A program made the translations under genes and the position numbers. From Draconibacterium orientale (GTDB lineage Bacteria; Bacteroidota; Bacteroidia; Bacteroidales; FEN-979): DNA of 64,000 nt. The DNA is taken from the NCBI GenBank assembly GCA_020718225.1, contig DYSO01000002.1:5361-69360 (forward strand), written 5' to 3'. Positions 25,452 to 33,980 of the stretch are shown here, in pieces. Numbering within the stretch: the stretch's first letter is position 1; every line of letters starts with the position of its first letter. A model generated the notes under the pieces. It was given only the letters and a program-made list of their open reading frames with translations. It was not told the DNA's origin and made no database searches.

Positions 25452-26663
25452 ATGATTCCCTTTAGCCCTCCGAGAATGGATCAGCGTATTGTCGATGAAG
25501 TTGTCGATACACTCTATTCAGGATGGATCACTACCGGCCCAAAAACAAAAAAATTCGAAAAGATGTTGACAGCCTATGGCGGTCATCGGGTTACCCTGTG
25601 CGTCAATTCAGGTTCTGCCGGACTGGAGCTGATGCTCCGGTGGTTTGGCGTTGGTCCGGGGGATGAGGTAATCGTTCCGGCCTATACCTATGCCGCTTCG
25701 GCAAACGTGGTTGTCCATTGCGGGGCAACGGTTGTTTTTGCAGACTCCAATCCCGATTTCAACCTGTCCGTTGAATCCATCCGTAAGGCAATAACACCTC
25801 ATACCAAAGTTATAATTCCGGTTGATATTGCCGGTTGGCCTTGCGATTACGATGCCATCAATGCCCTTGTCAGGGAACCCGGTATTCAACAACTGTTCAA
25901 TCCGGTTACGAAACCCCAGCAGATGCTGAACAGGATACTGATACTTTCGGATGCCGCCCATTCAATAGGAGCCTGGTACAAAGGCAGGATGGCCGGTAAC
26001 CTCACCGACATTACCGTTTACTCCTTTCATGCAGTGAAAAACCTGACTACCGCCGAAGGTGGCGCCGTTTGCCTCAACCTGCCCGAACCATTCAATCACG
26101 ATGAACTTTACCGCGATCTTAATGCCAAATCCCTTCATGGGCAAACCAAAGATGCCCTTGCAAAAATGCAGATCGGAAGCTGGCGGTACGATATCATCGA
26201 ACCGGGATACAAGTATAACATGACCGATATCCAGGCTTCGATGGGAATTGTAGAACTGGAAAGGTATAACGACGATATGCTGGTACGCCGGAAACATATT
26301 TTTGACCGTTATGCACTGGCCTTTTCAAAATACCCCTGGGCCTTGCCACCGGTTTACCAAACCGATGAGCGCAGGTCGTCGTACCATGTTTTTCTGCTGC
26401 GCATCAAAGGGATCACAGAGGGACAACGCGACCAAATCATCCGGGAAATCTTTAACCGCGACGTGGCCGTGAATGTGCATTTTGTCCCCCTGCCAATGAT
26501 GACTTATTACAGGAATGCAGGATACCGGATGCAGGATTATCCGAATGCATATGACAACTATGCACACGAAATCAGTTTACCCGTATATTATGACCTTACC
26601 GACGGGATGGTTGACACCGTCGTTTCAGCAGTTGCCAGCTCAGTCCGGACTGTTATTGGTTAA
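25452..26663 (+). CDS. DegT/DnrJ/EryC1/StrS family PLP-dependent sugar aminotransferase
   Basis: 403-aa ORF with the PLP-lysine motif SFHAVKNLTTAEGGA and an N-terminal region (W)ITTGPKTKKFE that is typical of the family. Confidence 0.85.
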   Translation: MIPFSPPRMDQRIVDEVVDTLYSGWITTGPKTKKFEKMLTAYGGHRVTLCVNSGSAGLELMLRWFGVGPGDEVIVPAYTYAASANVVVHCGATVVFADSNPDFNLSVESIRKAITPHTKVIIPVDIAGWPCDYDAINALVREPGIQQLFNPVTKPQQMLNRILILSDAAHSIGAWYKGRMAGNLTDITVYSFHAVKNLTTAEGGAVCLNLPEPFNHDELYRDLNAKSLHGQTKDALAKMQIGSWRYDIIEPGYKYNMTDIQASMGIVELERYNDDMLVRRKHIFDRYALAFSKYPWALPPVYQTDERRSSYHVFLLRIKGITEGQRDQIIREIFNRDVAVNVHFVPLPMMTYYRNAGYRMQDYPNAYDNYAHEISLPVYYDLTDGMVDTVVSAVASSVRTVIG

Positions 26664-26676
26664 TTTTTAAACCTGA

Positions 26677-27276
26677 ATGTTGATGGTGATCCGGTTTTTT
26701 GATATAGTTTTTTCCCTTACCGGGTTGATCCTCCTCTCCCCACTTTTTTTAATTCTGGCTATTCTCATTGCATTTGATTCGAAGGGGGGCATCTTTTACT
26801 TACAGCGGCGTGCCGGAAAAAACAACCGCGACTTTCTGATGATCAAATTCCGGTCCATGAAAACCGGTTCCGATCAAAAATGGGGCCTCACCATCGGGGT
26901 GCGCGATAGCCGGATTACAAAGATGGGCGCCGTTTTAAGAAAATATAAACTCGATGAACTGCCTCAGTTGCTGAATGTCCTTAAAGGAGATATGAGCCTT
27001 GTCGGTCCCCGTCCTGAGATCCGCAAATATGTTGATCTGTACACGAACGACCAACGAAAAGTCCTTTCCGTCAGACCAGGGCTTACCGATTATGCCTCCA
27101 TTGAATTTATCCATGAAAATGACATCCTGGGAAACTCCCCAAACCCCGAAAAAACATATATTGAAGAGATAATGCCAGCTAAGATCTGTTTAAATATGCA
27201 GTTCATCAACCATCCAACCGTTGGTAATTACTTTTCAATTCTCCAAAAAACCATTAAAAAAATTGTTGTCCGGTAA
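26677..27276 (+). CDS. Undecaprenyl-phosphate sugar phosphotransferase (small PglC/WbaP C-terminal type bacterial sugar transferase)
   Basis: 199-aa ORF with one N-terminal TM helix and the motifs KFRSM, DELPQLLNVLKGDMSLVGPRP and PGLTDYASI. Confidence 0.85.
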   Translation: MLMVIRFFDIVFSLTGLILLSPLFLILAILIAFDSKGGIFYLQRRAGKNNRDFLMIKFRSMKTGSDQKWGLTIGVRDSRITKMGAVLRKYKLDELPQLLNVLKGDMSLVGPRPEIRKYVDLYTNDQRKVLSVRPGLTDYASIEFIHENDILGNSPNPEKTYIEEIMPAKICLNMQFINHPTVGNYFSILQKTIKKIVVR

Positions 27277-27446
27277 TTTTTAAAACTGCTTATCCCTTTC
27301 GGTCAGGCCAGATTAACGGCCATAAAATAAATTACCCCTGGCTTTTGCGCGTCTTCCATTTAAATGCCTTAATTTTTCGCCATGTCGAAGGCACCTCATC
27401 CCCCTAACCCTCCTCCCAAGTGTGAAGGAGAACCTCTCTCCAGTCC

Positions 27447-27488
27447 CACCTGTCCACCTGTTCCACCTGTCCACCTGTCCAACCCGTC
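27447..27488. repeat. Tandem array E: 5 units of CACCTGT(T)C, ending in CAACCCGTC
   Basis: Read directly: cacctgtc cacctgttc cacctgtc cacctgtc caacccgtc, then cta, the stop of gene 27489-28604. It has the same unit family and terminal unit as array D. Confidence 0.9.
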
Positions 27489-28604
27489 CTACTCCACCCG
27501 AATCAATTTCTGCACGGTTTTAGAGTTACCCGATGTAAGTACACAAAGGTAAACACCCGGAGCGCCGGCGCCGGCATTCCATGTAACTTTATGGTATCCG
27601 GAGGGGAGTATCTGACTGATCAGTGTATCCTTCAGTACACCCGTATTATCATACACCATCAGGGTAACCGGAGTATTATCATGCCTGATTTCGAAAGCAA
27701 TGGTCGTCTCCCTGATGAAAGGGTTAGGGAAGTTAGGGAGCAGCCGGGGTTTTCCCAGGTCAACCGGTACCTGGACGGAAAGAGGGTAAAATACCGGACT
27801 TCCAGCCTGGACCCAGGCGGTATAAATTAGGTCGGCAAGCGATCCTGAAGCGCGCCGCAACAAATCGATGGTAAAAAGTCCTGTTTTGTTCCACAGCGCC
27901 TGGTAGTAGGCGTCGGAATTGTTATTCCCTGCTTCGGCCCGGGCTTCATTATCAGCAATCATAATGCTATCGACATATTGATAATTAAAGTAAAGGCTGG
28001 AGAATACAAAACTGCTGACATCGTTGATATAGTGAACCGAGTCTGCCGGATATATAAGCATCGCTTCATAACGGCTGATCATCCGGGACTCATACCGGGA
28101 ATGGACCCCATTCTGACCGGTATATTGACCGTCGTAGTTCCTTGTAATGTGCAGGGGCATGTGTCCGTCACCCACATAATGACCCAGGTCGGCTGCGAAC
28201 AGTGCCGATTTCAGCCAATCATGACGTTCAAAACAGGCCTTGAGTGAATCGAAGGTGATCAGGGTTGCCCAGGGTAAAATTCCCTGGTCTATCACAAAAG
28301 CGTAACCATGTAATGCAACAACGCTATCAAAACGGGTTGGGATATGACCGGTTTGCAAAAATTCGGGGTAGTTGTCGATATCGATATAATGTTTTGGCGA
28401 CTCGTTCGGATCGGTATCTTTACGGTTATCGGCCTCGGAGGCATATAAAGTTACAATGTTGGTCCAGTCGGGCTTCAGGAAGGAAAGACGGACAGGAAAA
28501 AAGTTGGCGGTATTCTGGTTGATGACCCGGTGGCCTTTGTATCCCCAACCGGAAAAAATTACACCAAGGAAAACCAATGGGAGGATAAGCCTGAGTTTTT
28601 TCAT
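27489..28604 (-). CDS. Secreted S1/P1-type zinc nuclease family protein with a T9SS C-terminal sorting domain
   Basis: Signal peptide. S1-P1 motifs are WGYKGHRVI (WGxxGH), HYVGDGHMPLH (HxxGDxHQPLH) and GVHSRYE. The C-terminal 80 aa (FPNPFIRETT through GVYLCVLTSGNSKTVQKLIRVE) form a Por secretion tail. Confidence 0.75.
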   Translation of the reverse strand: MKKLRLILPLVFLGVIFSGWGYKGHRVINQNTANFFPVRLSFLKPDWTNIVTLYASEADNRKDTDPNESPKHYIDIDNYPEFLQTGHIPTRFDSVVALHGYAFVIDQGILPWATLITFDSLKACFERHDWLKSALFAADLGHYVGDGHMPLHITRNYDGQYTGQNGVHSRYESRMISRYEAMLIYPADSVHYINDVSSFVFSSLYFNYQYVDSIMIADNEARAEAGNNNSDAYYQALWNKTGLFTIDLLRRASGSLADLIYTAWVQAGSPVFYPLSVQVPVDLGKPRLLPNFPNPFIRETTIAFEIRHDNTPVTLMVYDNTGVLKDTLISQILPSGYHKVTWNAGAGAPGVYLCVLTSGNSKTVQKLIRVE

Positions 28605-29461
28605 TCAAATGCGTTTAACAAAACTTCCAAATCTTCAATTTTATCATTATTCCCTAACTTCGTATAAGCAAAGATAAGGTTATTGATTAAACGATAGATA
28701 ATATCCTGGTTTGTACAAGGGGCAAAAAAAGAGGGATCGGGTTTTATTTTCATCTGTCTGATAAATAATTCAATTTCCCGACTGGTAAACACTGCTCCTT
28801 TATTGAATGGATTGATATAAAACAGGACATCATCTTCTGTGGGATTATCAATCCCGGTATCGGTAAGATAAGCTAAAATAAAATGTTGGGGAAGGTTGAC
28901 CCCATAAACAGGCATTTCCAGTTTCCGGGCAAGGGACATATAGAGTATTCCCAGAGAAAGCGGGTTCCCCTGATGCGATTCAAGGAGTGTATTGATATAC
29001 GAATTTTGCGGGGCGGCAATGTTGCTCTTGTTTCCGTCAAAATGGTGTACCTCAAAAAAAATGTGGTTCAACACCTTTACATTTTCGAGTGCGGTCAGGT
29101 TTTCGTGGAGTTCGAGCCAGACATCCATCCTGATTGCTTCAATTTTCGATCGAATTTCTGCATCATCCAGGTTGGGATACTGAGTTTTGGTAACCAGTAT
29201 AAAGCCTTTAAGCAAATCGGAAGGGCCCAGTTTCACCCAGTTGACAAAATCGACATATAAATTTTCGCTTTGAATCTGATGGCTGATCTCTTTAATACGT
29301 TCCTGCACCAGCGGGTCGAAGATGTTTTCCCGGGCGGTTTCCAGAGCGGGAAGGGCTTCCATCCCTAACGAATAAATCTGTTCGCGGATGAGTTGAAAAG
29401 TAGTTTCATCCGGCTCATCCAGCAATTTGATCAGGGCGAATATGTTCGAAGAATCTGTCAA
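28601..29461 (-). CDS. Transglutaminase-like / SirB1 (YchA)-family protein
   Basis: 286-aa ORF. GNPLSLGILYMSLARKLEMPVYGVNLPQHFILAY resembles the SirB1 N-terminal transglutaminase-like fold. The stop overlaps the downstream start by 4 nt. Confidence 0.5.
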   Translation of the reverse strand: MTDSSNIFALIKLLDEPDETTFQLIREQIYSLGMEALPALETARENIFDPLVQERIKEISHQIQSENLYVDFVNWVKLGPSDLLKGFILVTKTQYPNLDDAEIRSKIEAIRMDVWLELHENLTALENVKVLNHIFFEVHHFDGNKSNIAAPQNSYINTLLESHQGNPLSLGILYMSLARKLEMPVYGVNLPQHFILAYLTDTGIDNPTEDDVLFYINPFNKGAVFTSREIELFIRQMKIKPDPSFFAPCTNQDIIYRLINNLIFAYTKLGNNDKIEDLEVLLNAFE

Positions 29462-29487
29462 TGAATGTGTTGTGGTTTCATGGCTTA

Positions 29488-29676
29488 TTATGGAACTATT
29501 TTTTCAGGATATAAATCCAAAATTGGAAAAATGAGGTCGTAATCATTCCAGTTGAGGTTTCCATCAGTCAGATTAAAATTTGAAAACTGTTTCTCATCAA
29601 GATACTTTTCTATCGAAGGATGTAATGACTTAGATAAAAATGATAAAAAAACAACCCATATTCTCATGATCATCAT
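29488..29676 (-). CDS. Small hypothetical protein (62 aa) with a hydrophobic N-terminus
   Basis: The ORF exactly fills the gap between two co-directional genes: 4 nt after the stop at 29681 and 26 nt before the start at 29461. It has no recognisable motif. Confidence 0.3.
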   Translation of the reverse strand: MMIMRIWVVFLSFLSKSLHPSIEKYLDEKQFSNFNLTDGNLNWNDYDLIFPILDLYPEKIVP

Positions 29677-29680
29677 TTTG

Positions 29681-30571
29681 TTATTTTCTCAAATTCAACA
29701 TCGCGGCTATTTTCTCCAATACCAGGGCAATAAGGTCATTGACCACCAATTTGTGGTTGGGGTTATAATGGCCGGTTGCCCGGTTGGCAATCAGGGCACA
29801 GATGGTTACCATATCATGGCCCATCAGTGCGCCCAATCCATAGAGGGCTGAAGTTTCCATCTCGAAATTTACAATGCGATGACCGTTGTGGCGGAAACCC
29901 TGAAGTTTGGCGATCATCTGGGGGTCGCTCAGCGGAAGGCGCAGGAAGCGGCCCTGAGGGCCGTAAAATCCGGGCGCTGTGGCCGTAATCCCGGCAACTG
30001 CATAAGGCCTGAATACATCGATCAAACGGTCGGACCCTTTGATTATATAAGGTTTTGAAAGATCCTTTGGCCATGTTGTGTGGGCGGCAAATGCTTCCGT
30101 CAGCTCCGTATCAATGATATCCGGTGTTCCTTTATAAAAATGCAACAGGTTATCCAGTCCGATGGCATGTGTGGACAAACCAAAACTGTTTACAGGAACA
30201 TCGGCTTGAATGCTGCCTGAAGTACCGATCCGGATGATACTTAAAGAACGGTGGACCGGCTTTTGAGTACGTAATACAAGATCAAAATTAGCCAATGCGT
30301 CCAGTTCATGCATTACAATATCGCAATTGTCGGTACCAATTCCTGTGGATAATGTAGTAATTCGCTTACCTTTATAGTAACCGGTTTGCGAGATAAACTC
30401 CCGGTTGGATGCCGTATGGTCTATCCCTGTGAAATGGTCGGAGATTTCATGGACACGCTGTGGATCGCCAACAACAATGACCGTGTCGGCAAGATTTTCA
30501 GGGCGCATGCATAAGTGGTAAACGCTTCCATCTGCATTTACAATTAAATCGGGTTCAGCAAGTAAGGACAT
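29681..30571 (-). CDS. Nucleoside phosphorylase (PNP_UDP_1 family, uridine/purine nucleoside phosphorylase-like)
   Basis: 296-aa ORF with VIVVGDPQRV, RIGTSGS and VNFEMETSALYGL, which are typical of the family. Confidence 0.75.
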   Translation of the reverse strand: MSLLAEPDLIVNADGSVYHLCMRPENLADTVIVVGDPQRVHEISDHFTGIDHTASNREFISQTGYYKGKRITTLSTGIGTDNCDIVMHELDALANFDLVLRTQKPVHRSLSIIRIGTSGSIQADVPVNSFGLSTHAIGLDNLLHFYKGTPDIIDTELTEAFAAHTTWPKDLSKPYIIKGSDRLIDVFRPYAVAGITATAPGFYGPQGRFLRLPLSDPQMIAKLQGFRHNGHRIVNFEMETSALYGLGALMGHDMVTICALIANRATGHYNPNHKLVVNDLIALVLEKIAAMLNLRK

Positions 30572-30586
30572 TTTCTAACATTTTTG

Positions 30587-30594
30587 CAAAGATA
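30587..30594 (-). promoter_or_regulatory. Bacteroidota -7 promoter box (TAnnTTTG) for the nucleoside phosphorylase gene
   Basis: TATCTTTG on the minus strand (caaagata on plus) lies 16 nt upstream of the ATG at 30571. Confidence 0.5.
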
Positions 30595-30647
30595 CGAAAA
30601 ATAGTGGTTTTCTATGGTTTTGAAGATAAGGGGAGCGTTTCTATTGC

Positions 30648-30655
30648 TATTTTTG
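30648..30655 (+). promoter_or_regulatory. Bacteroidota -7 promoter box (TAnnTTTG) for cinA
   Basis: TATTTTTG lies 29 nt upstream of the ATG at 30685. This supports the downstream start rather than the GTG at 30604. Confidence 0.5.
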
Positions 30656-30684
30656 CATCAGGTTTAAACTTATTACTGATACGA

Positions 30685-31941
30685 ATGAAAGTTGAAATCA
30701 TCAATATCGGAGATGAACTCCTGATCGGCCAGGTTGTGAACACAAATGCTGCCTGGATGGCGGAACAACTCAATCTTTCGGGATTTGCCGTACATCAGTT
30801 TACCGTGATCAGCGACACCCGCGAACACATCCTGAAAGCGCTCCGGGAAGCGGAAAACAACGCTGAAATCATCCTTATCTCGGGAGGCATTGGCCCCACC
30901 CGGGACGATGTCACGAAAACCACACTCTGTGAATTTTTTAATACCCGATTGACCTTTAATAACGAGGCCTACCAGGATATAAAAACCTTGTTTGCCCGGC
31001 GTGGCTTTCCGGTGACGGAGCTGAACCGTCAACAGGCGGAATTGCCGGAAGGATGCCTTACCCTGCCTAATAAACTGGGGACAGCCCGGGGCATGTGGTT
31101 CGAAAAAAAACGTCCCGGGGAGGGGAAAACAATATTCATCTCCATGCCCGGAGTCCCTTTTGAAATGAAAGAGATGATGACCAACGAAATCATTCCCCGG
31201 CTGCTCATGTGTTTTAGCGCCCCATTCATTTATCATAAAACCATTCTTACCCAGGGGATAGGAGAATCGTTTCTGGCAAAAAAAATTGAATTCTGGGAAA
31301 ACAACCTCCCCGAAGATATAAAGCTGGCATACCTTCCTCAACCCGGAATGGTCAGGCTGCGGCTCAGCGGGACAGGGAAAGAGGAGCGCCTGGTCAGGAA
31401 CCGGGTTTCATCAGCCATTGGGGAACTGGAAAAGATAATCCCCGAATATATCTTCGGTTATGATGAAGAGACCCTGGAAGAGATCATCGGCAAACTTCTG
31501 CTCGAAAAAGGGAATTCAATGGCAACGGCCGAAAGCTGTACAGGAGGATATATTGCCCATCTGATCACAAGTATCCCGGGCAGCTCGGGATATTTCAAAG
31601 GTGCAATAGTAGCCTATTCCAATGAAGTCAAAGAGAACCTTCTGGGTGTCCCCTCCGGTACGCTTCAGAAGTTTGGCGCCGTGAGCGAAGAAACTGTCCT
31701 TGAAATGGCCATATCGGCCCAAACCCAATTCAATGCCGATTATGTTATTGCCACTTCCGGAATTGCCGGTCCTGATGGGGGCTCCATCGACAAACCCGTC
31801 GGGACTGCATGGATTGCCATTGCCACACCCAATGAAGTCTTTGCCAAAAAATATAGTTTCGGCGATAACCGCAGCCGCAATATCCGAAAAACAGCCCTCC
31901 AGGCAATGGCCCTTTTAAGAAAAAAACTGATCGGTCAATAA
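30685..31941 (+). CDS. cinA: CinA family protein (MoCF-biosynthesis-like domain + nicotinamide-nucleotide amidohydrolase PncC domain)
   Basis: The start is at MKVEIINIGDELLIGQVVNTNAAW. Motifs include SGGIGPTRDDVT, and ATAESCTGG in the C-terminal domain. Confidence 0.88.
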   Translation: MKVEIINIGDELLIGQVVNTNAAWMAEQLNLSGFAVHQFTVISDTREHILKALREAENNAEIILISGGIGPTRDDVTKTTLCEFFNTRLTFNNEAYQDIKTLFARRGFPVTELNRQQAELPEGCLTLPNKLGTARGMWFEKKRPGEGKTIFISMPGVPFEMKEMMTNEIIPRLLMCFSAPFIYHKTILTQGIGESFLAKKIEFWENNLPEDIKLAYLPQPGMVRLRLSGTGKEERLVRNRVSSAIGELEKIIPEYIFGYDEETLEEIIGKLLLEKGNSMATAESCTGGYIAHLITSIPGSSGYFKGAIVAYSNEVKENLLGVPSGTLQKFGAVSEETVLEMAISAQTQFNADYVIATSGIAGPDGGSIDKPVGTAWIAIATPNEVFAKKYSFGDNRSRNIRKTALQAMALLRKKLIGQ

Positions 31942-31988
31942 CCTGAAACAATTTTTACCCCGTGCTTGGTGGTTTAAAATAAAACCCC

Positions 31989-31996
31989 TATCTTTG
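31989..31996 (+). promoter_or_regulatory. Bacteroidota -7 promoter box (TAnnTTTG) for rpmB
   Basis: TATCTTTG lies 36 nt upstream of the ATG at 32033. Confidence 0.55.
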
Positions 31997-32032
31997 CACT
32001 CCATTTTCTAATCCCATTTAATCTGAAATACC

Positions 32033-32272
32033 ATGTCAAGGATTTGTGAAATCACAGGGAAGAGCGCCATAAAAGGAAATTCGGTTTCCCATTCAAATAA
32101 AAAAACAAAACGTTGGTTCAATGCCAATATACAAACAAAAACCTTCTTCGTTCCGGAAGAGAACAGAGAAATTACATTAAAAGTTTCTGCAGCTGGTTTG
32201 CGCCATATCGATAAAAAAGGCGTTTACAACTGTATCAAAGAAGCAAGGGAAAAAGGATTTCTTACCAGGTAA
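32033..32272 (+). CDS. rpmB: 50S ribosomal protein L28
   Basis: 79-aa ORF. MSRICEITGKSAIKGNSVSHSNKKTKRWFNANIQ matches the L28 N-terminal signature. Confidence 0.92.
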   Translation: MSRICEITGKSAIKGNSVSHSNKKTKRWFNANIQTKTFFVPEENREITLKVSAAGLRHIDKKGVYNCIKEAREKGFLTR

Positions 32273-32293
32273 GTTTTTTTTTCATGGGTATGA

Positions 32294-32325
32294 ATGCTGT
32301 TACAGAAAGTAACAGCATTTTTTTT
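32294..32325 (+). terminator. Rho-independent terminator of rpmB
   Basis: A perfect 10-bp stem atgctgttac / gtaacagcat with loop agaaa, followed by a run of T residues. It lies 22 nt after the stop. Confidence 0.9.
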
Positions 32326-32449
32326 GCCCCTTAAACTCAACTTGCATCCCGTAACGGGGTTTGAAAAAACTTCATTTTACAAATAATATTTTTCCTCTAT
32401 AAATCTCGCTGATTTTTATGCGGTGCGTTTATGAATCGTGATTATTATG

Positions 32450-32457
32450 TAAGTTTG
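32450..32457 (+). promoter_or_regulatory. Bacteroidota -7 promoter box (TAnnTTTG) for the Uma2 gene
   Basis: TAAGTTTG lies 21 nt upstream of the ATG at 32479. Confidence 0.5.
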
Positions 32458-32478
32458 TATTAATAAAATTCCCGGAAA

Positions 32479-33069
32479 ATGAAGACGCTTAATTTAGACC
32501 TGAACAAACGTTACACATACGCTGATTATCTCACCTGGATGGACAACGTGAGGCGTGAGTTATACAACGGGTTTATTAATCTGATGACCCCGGCCCCGTC
32601 AAGAAAGCATCAACGTATCTCTACAAATCTTGTCAGTATTTTCTGGAATTTTTTACGATATAAATCCTGTGAAGTTTACCATGCACCATCGGATGTTCGC
32701 CTCCCAAAAGATAAAAACGACTACGATGATAAAACCATAACCACGGTAGTGCAACCCGACATTTATGTAATTTGCGACCTGTCGAAAATGGATGATAAAG
32801 GCTGCCTTGGGGCTCCCGACCTGATTGTTGAAATAGTTTCAGCCAACAATTCAAAACGCGATGTTAAGGATAAATTTGAAATTTATCAGGAACATGGGGT
32901 CAGGGAATACTGGATCGTAAATCCCAACGACGAAAATGTAACGGTCTTTTTATTGGATAAAAATGGAAAGTTTCAGTTCGTTGGCATGTACGCAGGCGAT
33001 GACAAAATTCCGGTAAACATTTTCAAGGGGGATTTGCGAATTGATCTTTCAGAGGTGTTTCTGCCTTAA
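32479..33069 (+). CDS. Uma2 family (DUF820) PD-(D/E)xK endonuclease-like protein
   Basis: 196-aa ORF with YTYADYL, the nuclease core PDIYVICD, and APDLIVEIVSANNSKRDVKDKFEIYQEHGVREYWIVNP (the D-EXK pattern). Confidence 0.8.
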   Translation: MKTLNLDLNKRYTYADYLTWMDNVRRELYNGFINLMTPAPSRKHQRISTNLVSIFWNFLRYKSCEVYHAPSDVRLPKDKNDYDDKTITTVVQPDIYVICDLSKMDDKGCLGAPDLIVEIVSANNSKRDVKDKFEIYQEHGVREYWIVNPNDENVTVFLLDKNGKFQFVGMYAGDDKIPVNIFKGDLRIDLSEVFLP

Positions 33070-33310
33070 ACAACAGTTGAGCCAGAACAGTCGTAGCCAT
33101 ATGAATAGTCATCCAGGTACAACCTTCTCCGATATAGCTATTTCAGGTTATGATTCATAAATGATGATCGAATGATTGACAATGAAAGGAATTCAATCCC
33201 GGAATTTTTAGCCGGACACGATATGATAACAGAAACGGGAATGTAAATATTCAAAAAGAAATAATTCCGGCAATTTTCCGTTATTTGCAGAGCTGTCCCA
33301 ATTACCACGA

Positions 33311-33970
33311 ATGAGAGAATGCTTTCTGTTTTTCCTTCCCTTGCTGTTCTGTCCGTTTTTTTCCCGATCGCAACAGACCCGGGACCCTGATGAGAACCAC
33401 GACCTGGTCCAATTTTCGGGGATCGTCATCACTGCCGACAGCCTGAACCCGGTCCCCTATACCCGCATCCTGGACCAAACCAGCCATCGGGGCACCACCA
33501 GCGATATGACAGGCTATTTTTCATTTGTTGCCCATAAAAATGATACCATCTTTTTTACTGCACTCGGGTTTAAACCCGCTTCGTTTATCATTCCCGATAC
33601 CATTACAAAAAAACGATACTCCCTGATCCAATTGATGACTTCCGATACCCTGACACTGACCCCCGCATACATATTCCCCTGGCCAACATTAGAAGAATTT
33701 AAACGGGCTTTCATTGAAACAAAAATCCCAGACGATGACATCGAAATTGCCCGTAAAAACCTTCTTGCAGCCGATATTCGCATGATGGCCGAAGAGTATC
33801 CCATGGATGCACAGATGAATTATAACAATTATATCGAAAATCAAACCAGTAAACTATACTATTCCGGTCAACAACAGCCCTTCCAGATTTTTAATCCCTT
33901 TGCCTGGGCAAAATTTATCAAAGCCTGGAAAGATGGTAAATTCAAATCACAGGAAGAACGGTTAAAATAA
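33311..33970 (+). CDS. Carboxypeptidase-regulatory-like domain protein, upstream partner of the TonB-dependent receptor
   Basis: 219-aa ORF with a signal peptide and FSGIVITADSLNPVPYTRILDQTSHRGTTSDMTGYFSF, which resembles a CarboxypepD_reg beta-sandwich. Confidence 0.5.
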   Translation: MRECFLFFLPLLFCPFFSRSQQTRDPDENHDLVQFSGIVITADSLNPVPYTRILDQTSHRGTTSDMTGYFSFVAHKNDTIFFTALGFKPASFIIPDTITKKRYSLIQLMTSDTLTLTPAYIFPWPTLEEFKRAFIETKIPDDDIEIARKNLLAADIRMMAEEYPMDAQMNYNNYIENQTSKLYYSGQQQPFQIFNPFAWAKFIKAWKDGKFKSQEERLK

Positions 33971-33980
33971 CAATTTACAG

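Noticed and set aside
27382-27531. A possible short plus-strand ORF (MSKAPHPPNPPPKCEGEPLSSPTCPPVPPVHLSN) and the Pro-rich cccctaaccctcctcccaagtgtgaaggag segment.
   Set aside because: The ORF runs through array E and into the antisense of the nuclease gene. The segment occurs only once in the window and has only a weak dyad, so I cannot support calling it a repeat family or a gene.
32273-32478. An expected rpmG (L33) gene after rpmB.
   Set aside because: No ORF with an L33-like sequence is present. rpmB is followed by a strong terminator, so rpmG must be elsewhere. This is not treated as a finding.
33070-33310. A possible tRNA or riboswitch in the 240-nt non-coding region, including the T-arm-like ggaattcaatcccgg.
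   Set aside because: The flanking bases do not form a T-stem or the other cloverleaf arms. No B12-box or other riboswitch core was recognisable.
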